Of a DNA stretch of 64,000 nt, positions 37,790 to 46,053 are shown one piece after another (positions within the stretch are counted from its first letter, which is position 1; each line of letters opens with the position of its first letter). The position numbers were made by a program, and so were the translations under genes. Source of the DNA: an uncultured Acidobacteriota bacterium (GTDB lineage: Bacteria; Acidobacteriota; Vicinamibacteria; Vicinamibacterales; SCN-69-37); contig CAWAEG010000001.1 in NCBI GenBank assembly GCA_963780895.1, positions 1,114,607 through 1,178,606 of the forward strand, in the 5' to 3' direction. The notes under the pieces are model-generated. The model was not told where the DNA came from, did not search any database, and was given only the letters and a program-made list of their open reading frames with translations.

Positions 37790-40066
37790 ATGCATCCCCA
37801 GCGGCCAGGAGCTGTTGTCTTCATCTTCGTTCTGGCCGCTCAGGTGGCGACTCCGGCGGTCGACGTCGCGGCGCAGCACAGTCACGTGCGCGAAGCCGGT
37901 TTTCCGCACGACATTCCCGACTTCGCCCACAACCCGACGAACCGAGCGGTGAAGAGTGGCGCCTGGTCGGCCGCGGCGACGTGGTCGGCCGGCCGGCCGC
38001 CGGCGGCGAATGACGTCGTGAGAATTCCGGCCGAAGTGACCGTCACCTACGACGTCGTGAGCGACGCGGCGCTCGACGCCATCGGGATCGAAGGCGCGCT
38101 GATCTTTCGAACCGACACCGACACCCGGCTGGTGGCGGGAGTCGTGCAGGTCATGCCGGCCGGCCGACTCGAGATCGGACGGGAGGACGCGCCGGTCGCC
38201 GGCGGTGTGAAAGCGGAGCTTCTGATCGCCGATCGTCCGCTCGACACCCGGGCCGATCCAGAGCAATACGGCACGGCGCTCATCGGCCTCGGGACCATCC
38301 GCATGCACGGCGCCGTCGTCTCGCCGACGTTTTCACGGCTGGCCGCGGAGCCGGCGGCGGGTCAGTCGTCGCTGCGGCTCCAGACGGCACCGACCAGCGG
38401 GTGGCAGTCGGCCCGCCTGATCCTCCCCGGAACGAATCAGTTCGCCCTGAACACCGGACCGTACCAGCCCCAGTGGGAAGAGCTGGTCGCGACATCGGTG
38501 AAGGGCGACCAGATCGGTCTTCGGGCTCCGCTCGCCTTCAATCATCGCGGTGCGCGTGACGCGGAGGGTGCGCTCAATTTCCTGCCGCACGTCGGCAACC
38601 TGACACGCAATGTCATCGTTCGTTCGGTCAACCCTGAAGGGACCCGGGGTCACGTGATCTTCGTTCACCGGGTGGATGTCGATATCCGCTACAGCCTCTT
38701 CAAGGACCTGGGCCGGACGACGACCGCGCCGCTCAATGCGGCCAGGAACCACATCGGCCGGTACCCGCTGCACATGCATCACGTGTTCGGTCCGCCGACG
38801 CCGCAGCCGAACGGCTATCAGTTCACGCTCATCGGCAACGCCATCGATGGCGGGTTGAAGTGGGGCATCACCGTTCACAACGCGCACTACGGTCTCATCC
38901 GCGACAACGTCATCTACAACACCGGCGGGGCCGGTGTCATGACGGAAGACGGTTCGGAGACCGGCAACGTCTTCGACCACAACTTCGTCGTCCGCAGCTG
39001 GGGAACCGGCACGGAACGCGCGGACGAGCGGCGCGAGGCGAAAGACTGGGGCTACGAGGGATCGGCGTTCTGGTTTCGCGGACCGAACAATTACGTCCGC
39101 AACAACGTTGGCGCCAACGCGAATTCGTTCGCCGTGACCTACATGATGGTCGACGTCAGCGACGTCACGATCCCCGAGCGGCAGGGGGCTGACCCGGGCC
39201 GGTCAGGCCGAACCGTGAACATGATGGCGACGCCGCTGCTGGAATTCGCCAACAACGAGATGTATGCGTCGCTGGCCGGACTCACGGTCTGGAACCTTGG
39301 CGCGAACTGCTGCCTGGACGTCTACGACGTGCATGAGAGCGTGGTGGCCAACACGACGATGTGGCACGTCGGGTCAAAGGGGTATTACGGCTACGGTTCC
39401 AACCGCGTCGTCTTCGATGGATGGGTCCAACGCGGTGACCCGGCTGTGCTGGCCAACATCCACGAACCGGTATGGGGCTTTTACTTCGGCGACTACCTTG
39501 TCAGAAACACGGTCATCAGGAACGCCGACCTGCAAGGGCTTCGAATCGGAATCTTCCTGCCGTCGAAAGTCGGCGACACGGGCGACATATACGGATCCGC
39601 CCCCGGCACGCTGGTGGTCGAGAACGCGATTCTCCGAAACGCGGTGAATGTGTTTGCGTCGCCCATGTACGGCGTGACGGGCGGCGGCGCGAGATTGCCG
39701 CCGCGCGTGACCACGATCCGCAACGTGCGGTTCGGCCGGGTTCCGGGTAACGTCGGCGGCTCGCCGCAGTACGACGTCAAAATGGAATTCTGGATTGACC
39801 GGGCGAACGTCAACCTCGTCGTCCGCGACGAAGTGCTCGTGTACGATTTCAACGGCACGCCGGGCGACAGTTTCCGCGTTTACTACAAGGAGCAGGCGCC
39901 GACGTTCACGCTGCCCGTTTCGGGGCCCAATCTCCTGGGCGCGCCCGTACCCGGGCTCACGAATCTGGACGCCTGGTCGCGCTACAAAATCGCCGTCGCC
40001 GGAGCCGTGGCGCCGTGTCAGACTGCGCGTCCCGGCTTTGACGGCTTCACCTGCGCCATCAAATAG
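37790..40066 (+). CDS. Secreted G8 + parallel beta-helix protein (third, shorter paralog of the tandem pair)
   Basis: Signal-like N-terminus MHPQRPGAVVFIFVLAAQVATPAVDVAAQ. SGAWSAAATWSAGRPPAANDVVRIPAEVTVTYD...IEGALIFR (G8-like). NAIDGGLKWGITVHNAHYGLIRDNVIYNTGGAGVMTEDGSETGNVFDHNF. Collinear with residues ~1-760 of the tandem copies and ends (...VAPCQTARPGFDGFTCAIK) where their linker begins. Confidence 0.8.
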   Translation: MHPQRPGAVVFIFVLAAQVATPAVDVAAQHSHVREAGFPHDIPDFAHNPTNRAVKSGAWSAAATWSAGRPPAANDVVRIPAEVTVTYDVVSDAALDAIGIEGALIFRTDTDTRLVAGVVQVMPAGRLEIGREDAPVAGGVKAELLIADRPLDTRADPEQYGTALIGLGTIRMHGAVVSPTFSRLAAEPAAGQSSLRLQTAPTSGWQSARLILPGTNQFALNTGPYQPQWEELVATSVKGDQIGLRAPLAFNHRGARDAEGALNFLPHVGNLTRNVIVRSVNPEGTRGHVIFVHRVDVDIRYSLFKDLGRTTTAPLNAARNHIGRYPLHMHHVFGPPTPQPNGYQFTLIGNAIDGGLKWGITVHNAHYGLIRDNVIYNTGGAGVMTEDGSETGNVFDHNFVVRSWGTGTERADERREAKDWGYEGSAFWFRGPNNYVRNNVGANANSFAVTYMMVDVSDVTIPERQGADPGRSGRTVNMMATPLLEFANNEMYASLAGLTVWNLGANCCLDVYDVHESVVANTTMWHVGSKGYYGYGSNRVVFDGWVQRGDPAVLANIHEPVWGFYFGDYLVRNTVIRNADLQGLRIGIFLPSKVGDTGDIYGSAPGTLVVENAILRNAVNVFASPMYGVTGGGARLPPRVTTIRNVRFGRVPGNVGGSPQYDVKMEFWIDRANVNLVVRDEVLVYDFNGTPGDSFRVYYKEQAPTFTLPVSGPNLLGAPVPGLTNLDAWSRYKIAVAGAVAPCQTARPGFDGFTCAIK

Positions 40067-40098
40067 CCGGAAACCGGGCAACGGCATCGAGACGTTTC

Positions 40099-41301
40099 TT
40101 GCCACCACCGAAGATTCTCCTGCTGTCCGAGATATTCCCCCCGAGAATCGGCGGCAGCGGCAGGTGGCTCTGGGAGCTTCATCGCCGGCTGACCGGTTTC
40201 GACATTGACGTCGTTGCGGACGATGGTCCAGGCGCCGCCGAGTTCGATGCGAACGCCGAACTGCGCATTCATCGCCTTCCGATGTCATTTCCCGACTGGG
40301 GCCTCCTCGAGCCGCGCGGAGGGTTGAAGTACGTCGAAACGTTTTTCCGGCTCAGGCGGCTCGTCGATCGGATCAGACCTGATGTCATTCACAGCGCCAG
40401 GTGCCTGCCGGAAGGTCTGCTCGCGCTCCTGATCAACCAGCGCCGCACGATTCCGTTCCGCTGTTTCGCGCACGGTGAGGAGCTGACGCTCACGGACCGG
40501 AGCCGCGAGCTCCGCTGGCTCATCCGGCGTGTGGCGACGTCGGCGGCGGGTTTCGTCTGCAATACGGAACACACCCGGGAAATCCTCGTACGAACCTGCG
40601 GGCCGTACGACGAAAAGTGCATCGTCCTCCATCCGGGCGTCGACGCGAGCCGGTTCACACCCGCGCCGCCTGATCCGGCCGTGCGCGATCGGCTGGGCTG
40701 GACGGGACGCCGCGTAGTGCTGACGGTCGGCGCCCTCCAGAAGCGCAAGGGTCAGGACATGATGATTCGCGCGCTTCCGGAAATCCGGCGCCGGTGTCCC
40801 GACGTTTTGTACGCGATGATGGGCGAGGGCTGGGAGAAGCCGTACATCGACAGCCTCGTCGCCGAGTATCAGGTGGCAGATCTCGTCCAGTTCCGCGGCG
40901 TTCCGGACGATGACGAGCTGGTTCAGTGCTATCAGCAGTGCGATTTGTTCGTGCTGGCCAATCGGCAGGTCGACTGGGACATCGAAGGATTCGGGATCGT
41001 CCTGATCGAAGCGCAGGCGTGCGGCAAGCCCGTGATCGCGGGCGTGTCGGGCGGGACGCTCGAGACGCTCGAGCCCGGCAGGACGGGGGAGTTGATTCCC
41101 TGCGAGACCCCCGACGAGCTGACTCGCGTCGTCAGCGAGTTTCTCGTGGACCCGGAGCGGCGGCACAGGTTCGGCGCGCGCGCGCGCCAGCACGTCGTCG
41201 AGCGATTCGACTGGACCGTTCTCACCCGGCGGGCCGAGACCCTGTTCGGCGGCCCGGCGGCGATGGATCAGCCCGAACCCGTTCCGGCCGGACGGGCCTG
41301 A
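40099..41301 (+). CDS. Glycosyltransferase family 4
   Basis: TTG 40099 start (uncertain). ILLLSEIFPPRIGGSGRW N-terminus. VGALQKRKGQDMMIRAL...EGFGIVLIEAQACGKPVIAGVSGG. Confidence 0.8.
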   Translation: MPPPKILLLSEIFPPRIGGSGRWLWELHRRLTGFDIDVVADDGPGAAEFDANAELRIHRLPMSFPDWGLLEPRGGLKYVETFFRLRRLVDRIRPDVIHSARCLPEGLLALLINQRRTIPFRCFAHGEELTLTDRSRELRWLIRRVATSAAGFVCNTEHTREILVRTCGPYDEKCIVLHPGVDASRFTPAPPDPAVRDRLGWTGRRVVLTVGALQKRKGQDMMIRALPEIRRRCPDVLYAMMGEGWEKPYIDSLVAEYQVADLVQFRGVPDDDELVQCYQQCDLFVLANRQVDWDIEGFGIVLIEAQACGKPVIAGVSGGTLETLEPGRTGELIPCETPDELTRVVSEFLVDPERRHRFGARARQHVVERFDWTVLTRRAETLFGGPAAMDQPEPVPAGRA

Positions 41302-41435
41302 TTCCCCGCTTCTGAAAAACCCACGCCAAGGCGACTAATAGCCCGGCCAGTCGAGATAATGGTCGGCACAAGGGCTGTCAGCCGCGTAAACACGGGCCCC
41401 GGGGCTTATTTGCGGGGCCCCCCTTGGGGGGTCAT

Positions 41436-41451
41436 TGGACCTAGGTTTGCT
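41436..41451 (+). promoter_or_regulatory. Sigma-54-like promoter candidate upstream of the 41499-50719 operon
   Basis: TGGACC-TAGGT-TTGCT: the GG (-24) and GC (-12) dinucleotides are correctly spaced, with two mismatches to TGGCAC. About 47 nt upstream of ATG 41499, in an unusually long 197-nt intergenic region. Confidence 0.35.
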
Positions 41452-41498
41452 TTCTAGGACCCCCGCCGAAGACCCTCGGATTGGGCCGAAATCGTCAG

Positions 41499-42347
41499 AT
41501 GCCGACCACCCCCGACGCTCCGCCGCTCGCCGCCGTCCATCTGGATCTGGACGGCGCCCGGCACATTTACCGGGCTCATGGGTGGCGGTACGACCCGACG
41601 GATGATCCGCTGTTCGAGTCAGGACTTCGCGGCGCGCTCGATCTGCTCGCGCGGCGCAATGTCGCGGCGACGCTCTTCGTCGTCGCCGAGGACGTGTTCG
41701 ACGCGCGGAAGCGCACGCTGCTTCGCGAGGCGGTGCGTGCGGGCCACGAGATCGCGTCGCATTCCCTCAGTCACGGCCTGCTCACCACGCTCGACGGGGC
41801 CGGTAAGCGCCGCGAGATCGCCGAAAGCCGGGCCTGCCTGTCGTCGGAGCTGGGGACCGAGGTCCGCGGGTTTCGCGCGCCCGGATTCCGAATCGATCGC
41901 GAGTGTCTCGAGATCGTGAACGAGGCCGGTTACGCGTACGACTCGTCGATGCTCGCGGCGGAGCCCCATCGGCCGATTCCCGGCCAACCGCTGTACGAGC
42001 TGCCGGTGCCGACGGCAGGCCCGTTTTCGTTTCCCTTCCATCCCTCGTACAGCCTCGTGATTGGCCACTGGTGGTTCCGCGCGGGCCTGAGCGACTATCG
42101 CCGCCGGCGGTCGCCGCTCGTGCTGCTCTTTCATCTGACCGATTTCGCCGATCCGCTCCCCCGCGCGCGCATGCGCGGCATTCAGCAGCGGCTCTTTACA
42201 CTGTCGTATCTGTCGACCGAGCACAAGCGCGCCCGCTGTTCTGCGATTCTCGATCTCGTGCGCCGGCACTTCACGATCGGGAGCACGTCGCACATGCTGT
42301 CGGCGTGCACGAATGGTTTTCATGAGAGGGTGACTGACGAGCGATGA
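41499..42347 (+). CDS. Polysaccharide deacetylase (NodB/CE4-like)
   Basis: ATG 41499 (TTG 41481 is the track alternative). LDLDGARHIY, ATLFVVAEDV, GHEIASHSLSH, FRAPGF motifs. Confidence 0.75.
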   Translation: MPTTPDAPPLAAVHLDLDGARHIYRAHGWRYDPTDDPLFESGLRGALDLLARRNVAATLFVVAEDVFDARKRTLLREAVRAGHEIASHSLSHGLLTTLDGAGKRREIAESRACLSSELGTEVRGFRAPGFRIDRECLEIVNEAGYAYDSSMLAAEPHRPIPGQPLYELPVPTAGPFSFPFHPSYSLVIGHWWFRAGLSDYRRRRSPLVLLFHLTDFADPLPRARMRGIQQRLFTLSYLSTEHKRARCSAILDLVRRHFTIGSTSHMLSACTNGFHERVTDER

Positions 42348-44518
42348 AAGCCGTGACGCAGAATCTGAAGACCGGGAAATTGCTGGTGCAGGAGCTTCCG
42401 TCGCCCATCCTGCGTCCGGACGGCCTCCTCGTCCGCGTGCGCCGTTCTCTCATCAGCCTCGGGACAGAGCGCGCGGTGATCGCGCTCGCCAACAAGGGCC
42501 CGATCGGCAAGGCGAAAGATCGTCCCGATCTCTTCCGCAAGGTCCTCAACAAAGCGAAGCAGGAGGGGTACTGGAGCACGTACAAGGTCGTCAAGAACCT
42601 CATGAGCACGCCCATTCCGCTCGGCTACTCCTGCGCCGGAGACGTGCTCGAGGTGGGGGCGGCCGCGACGGACTTCCACGTCGGCGATCGGGTGGCGTGC
42701 GCGGGACTCGGACATGCCAATCACGCCGAAATCGACTACGTGCCGCGAAACCTCGCCGCGCGGATGCCCGACGCGGTGTCCTACGACGACGGCTGCTTCG
42801 TGACGGTCGGGACCATCGCGCTTCACGGGGTCCGTCTGGCGGAGATCACGCTTGGTGATCGCGTCGTCGTGCTGGGGCTCGGGCTCGTCGGCCAGATTAC
42901 CGCGCAGCTGGCGCGATGCCACGGCGCCACGGTCATCGCGTCTGACATCGATCCCGGCAAGCTCGAAATGGCGAAGCAGCTCGGCGTGCATCACGTCGTG
43001 CCCGCGAGCGCGCTGGCGAGCACCGTGTCCGAGCTCACCGGCGGACTCGGCGCGGATGCGGTGCTGCTCTGCGCCGCCGCCAAATCCGACGAGCCGATGC
43101 GGCAGGCGGCCGCGATTTCGCGCCTTCGGGGCCGCGTCATCGTCGTCGGCGACGTCGGCATGGCGATCGAGCGCCGGCCGTTCTTCGAAAAGGAGTTGAC
43201 GCTCCTCGTCAGCCGGTCCTACGGCCCCGGCCGCTACGATCCGGACTACGAGCTCCGCGGCCGCGATTATCCGGCGGCCTACGTGCGATGGACCGAAGGA
43301 CGCAACATGCAGGCGTTCCTCGATCTCCTCGCGCGCGGCGACGTCTCGCTCGCTCCGCTCGTGACACACCGGTTCGCGATCGACGAAGCGGAATCCGCGT
43401 ATGAAGTCGTGACGGGCGAGCGGCCCGAGCCGGCTGTCGCGATTCTCCTCGAATACAACGGCGAGCCGTCATCCGGGTCGCGGGTGACCCTGGCGGCTGG
43501 CGCGCCCGCCGTCAGGCGTGCGCCGGGCGACCGGCTCCGGTGCGGGGTCATCGGCGCCGGGCAGTTCGCGAAGGGCGTGCTCCTGCCGGCGCTCACCGCG
43601 CAGCCGGGCGTGCACCTGCAGGCGGTCTGTACGGCGTCCGGCTTCACGAGCCGTCACGTCGGCACGAAATACGGCGCCGAGTACTGCACATCCGATCCGG
43701 ACGAAGTGATCGTCGATCCAAACGTCGACGCGCTCATCATCGCCACCCGCCACGATCAGCACGCGCGGCTGGCGGCGGCAGCCATCCGCGCCGGCAAGGC
43801 GGTATTCGTCGAAAAACCGCTGGCGCTCGACGCCGCCGGGCTGGCCGACGTCGTCGACGCCATTCAGTCGAGTCCCAACTCGCGGCTCATGATCGGGTTC
43901 AACCGCCGTTTCGCGCCGCTCGCGCTTCGCTGCCGCGAATTCTTCGCCGGCGTGGCCGAGCCCCTGTTCGTGTCCTATCGCGTGAACGCGGGCGCGGTGC
44001 CCGCCGACAGCTGGGTGTTCGATCCGGTCGAGGGCGGCGGGCGCATTCTGGGGGAGATCTGCCACTTCGTCGATCTCGTCGCCTTCCTCGGGGGCGCGTT
44101 GCCGGTCCGTGTATTCGCGGAAGAAGTCGGCCGGGATGCGCGCAGCCGCCAGAACGTCACCGTCACGCTCCGGCTCGCGAACGGCGGCGTTGGCGTGATC
44201 AACTACCTCGCGACGGGCGATCCGGCCGTCCCGAAGGAATACGTCGAAGTGTTTGGCGGCGGCCGCACGGCACAGCTCGACAACTTCCGCAGCCTGGCGA
44301 TGTTCCGAGACAATCGCCGGCGGCGGCACCGGCTGTTCAATCAGGCCAAGGGCCACGCCGAGGAGATGGCGGCGTTCGTGGCGGCGGTGCGGAACGGCGG
44401 GCCGATGCCGATCGATCTCGACGCGATCGTGGCGGTGACCGAAGCGACGTTCCTGATTCCGCAGAGCCTCGAGCAAGGCGTGCCGCTCACGATCGGCGCG
44501 CATCGTGACGAGTCGTGA
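42344..44518 (+). CDS. Bi-domain oxidoreductase (N-terminal Zn-ADH/MDR-like + C-terminal Gfo/Idh/MocA-like)
   Basis: ATGA overlap at 42344. VLGLGLVGQITAQLA Rossmann motif in the first half. GVIGAGQFAKGVLLPAL Rossmann motif plus NRRFAP in the second half. Confidence 0.8.
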   Translation: MKAVTQNLKTGKLLVQELPSPILRPDGLLVRVRRSLISLGTERAVIALANKGPIGKAKDRPDLFRKVLNKAKQEGYWSTYKVVKNLMSTPIPLGYSCAGDVLEVGAAATDFHVGDRVACAGLGHANHAEIDYVPRNLAARMPDAVSYDDGCFVTVGTIALHGVRLAEITLGDRVVVLGLGLVGQITAQLARCHGATVIASDIDPGKLEMAKQLGVHHVVPASALASTVSELTGGLGADAVLLCAAAKSDEPMRQAAAISRLRGRVIVVGDVGMAIERRPFFEKELTLLVSRSYGPGRYDPDYELRGRDYPAAYVRWTEGRNMQAFLDLLARGDVSLAPLVTHRFAIDEAESAYEVVTGERPEPAVAILLEYNGEPSSGSRVTLAAGAPAVRRAPGDRLRCGVIGAGQFAKGVLLPALTAQPGVHLQAVCTASGFTSRHVGTKYGAEYCTSDPDEVIVDPNVDALIIATRHDQHARLAAAAIRAGKAVFVEKPLALDAAGLADVVDAIQSSPNSRLMIGFNRRFAPLALRCREFFAGVAEPLFVSYRVNAGAVPADSWVFDPVEGGGRILGEICHFVDLVAFLGGALPVRVFAEEVGRDARSRQNVTVTLRLANGGVGVINYLATGDPAVPKEYVEVFGGGRTAQLDNFRSLAMFRDNRRRRHRLFNQAKGHAEEMAAFVAAVRNGGPMPIDLDAIVAVTEATFLIPQSLEQGVPLTIGAHRDES

Positions 44519-46053
44519 CCCCGGCCCCACCAGCCACACAGCACGGCGGGAACGGATGGCGGCGTCCGGGCGTTGCCGCGTGGATCGCCGGGCTGCTCAC
44601 CATCTACGTCGCGTTCAGCGTCATTGGCTGGCGTCGCACGCTGATCAACGACGAGATCTGGCATCTCATCAATGCCGCGCTGCCGTTCGACCAGTTCCTC
44701 GCAACGCTTCTGCTCGATCTGACGCATCCGCCGCTGATGTACGTTCTCGATCGGCAGGTGATGAACGCATTCGGTCACACCGACACGGTCGTGAAGACGA
44801 TGGTCGTGATGCTGGGGGCGAGCAGCCTCGCCGCCTTTACTGTCCTGAGCTCGCTGGTGGTCGATCGCTGGCGCCTCGCATCGGCGCTCTTCGGCACGGC
44901 GTATCTGCAGGTGGGCGGTGTGCCAAACCTGGCCCGTGGGTACAGCCTCGGGCTACTGCTGACCGTGGTCGCGCTCCTGTTCTGGGAACTGTGGCGCCGC
45001 CGTCCCCGGACGCTCCTGCTCGTGTCGTGGGCGGCGGTCATGATCGCGCTCATCTACACGCATTACGTCGGGATCCTACTCCTCCTGCCGTTCGTCATCG
45101 CGAACTGGTGGTATGGACATCGGCCCTGGCTGTTTGCCATCGTCGCGTGCGCTGTCGCGGCGTCGTTCCTGCCATGGTTCTTCGCGGTGCTCCCGGTGTA
45201 TCTCTCGAGGGGTCTTGGCGAAAATCTCGGCTGGATCACGCTCAGCCCGCCAGTCATCCTGGCGACGTTGCCGTTTCACGTGCTGACGTATCTTCCATCG
45301 GGCTGGAATCCGCTCGGCGAGAACGACTGGCCGCGCTCACTCGCCGGCAAGCAGGTCCTGGTCATCGGGGCGCTCGCGGTTCATGCCATGCTGGGGGTGC
45401 TGGTCTGGCGCCGCAGCCATGGGCTGTGGCCGCCGACGGCCGACCGCGCGACCCGGCGCGTCTGGCTCTGGTCGGCGCTGTTGTTCCTCGTCATACCGAT
45501 CCTTGCGCTCTTTCTGTTTTCAGTCAGCGTCCACCCGACGCTTGACGCGCGGTTCGTGGCGTTCGTGCTCCCGCTGTATTGGCTGCTGGTCGCGCTTGCT
45601 GTGGAGCTTGGCGGGCCGACGGTTCGGCGCGTGGTCTATCTCGTCGTCGTGCCCTGGGTGCTCGTCAGTGTCGTCGTGCCACTCGCGCGGGTCGTGAAGG
45701 GGGGACTCCATCAGAGCGTCGCCGGCGTCGCTCGGGAAATCCGTCCGGGCGATCTGGTGCTTGCCGAGCGGCTGGCCGGACCGCAGGTCTACTGGGAGTG
45801 GACGCGAGCGCTGGCCCGGAACGAACCCATCGCAATTGTGTCGCATCTTCGGCCGCTCAACACCCCGCGCGAGTTCCCGCTGCGACGCCTCGACGAGGTC
45901 AATCTGAAGGCGACCGACCGCGTCTGGTTCTTCTGGACGCGGCACAACCCGGACAACATCGCCGAAATCAGGGCGTACATCGTCAATCATGGGTTCAGAG
46001 AAGCGCGGCAGCACTCGGCGGCCTATCTCACGGTCTTCGATCGACAGCGATGA
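44515..46053 (+). CDS. Polytopic membrane protein, GT-C-like glycosyltransferase (PMT_2/ArnT-like)
   Basis: GTGA overlap at 44515. About 12 hydrophobic helices. N-terminal loop INDEIWHLINAALPF...HPPLMYVL. C-terminal soluble domain. Confidence 0.6.
   Translation: MTPAPPATQHGGNGWRRPGVAAWIAGLLTIYVAFSVIGWRRTLINDEIWHLINAALPFDQFLATLLLDLTHPPLMYVLDRQVMNAFGHTDTVVKTMVVMLGASSLAAFTVLSSLVVDRWRLASALFGTAYLQVGGVPNLARGYSLGLLLTVVALLFWELWRRRPRTLLLVSWAAVMIALIYTHYVGILLLLPFVIANWWYGHRPWLFAIVACAVAASFLPWFFAVLPVYLSRGLGENLGWITLSPPVILATLPFHVLTYLPSGWNPLGENDWPRSLAGKQVLVIGALAVHAMLGVLVWRRSHGLWPPTADRATRRVWLWSALLFLVIPILALFLFSVSVHPTLDARFVAFVLPLYWLLVALAVELGGPTVRRVVYLVVVPWVLVSVVVPLARVVKGGLHQSVAGVAREIRPGDLVLAERLAGPQVYWEWTRALARNEPIAIVSHLRPLNTPREFPLRRLDEVNLKATDRVWFFWTRHNPDNIAEIRAYIVNHGFREARQHSAAYLTVFDRQR

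Noticed and set aside
41302-41498. A tRNA, a known riboswitch (for example c-di-GMP class I) or a small CDS in the long intergenic region.
   Set aside because: There is no cloverleaf or T-loop (GTTCGAATC-like) sequence, no recognisable GEMM-type conserved blocks, and no ORF of meaningful length. It is kept only as an unclassified structured or promoter region.
44515-46053. Possibility that one of the polytopic membrane proteins (also 33721-35112 and 54737-56530) is the missing exosortase.
   Set aside because: Their size, first-loop acidic motifs and large soluble C-terminal parts look like GT-C/ArnT-PMT_2 proteins. I could not recognise exosortase-type signatures. This is from inspection only, so an HMM check is still advised.
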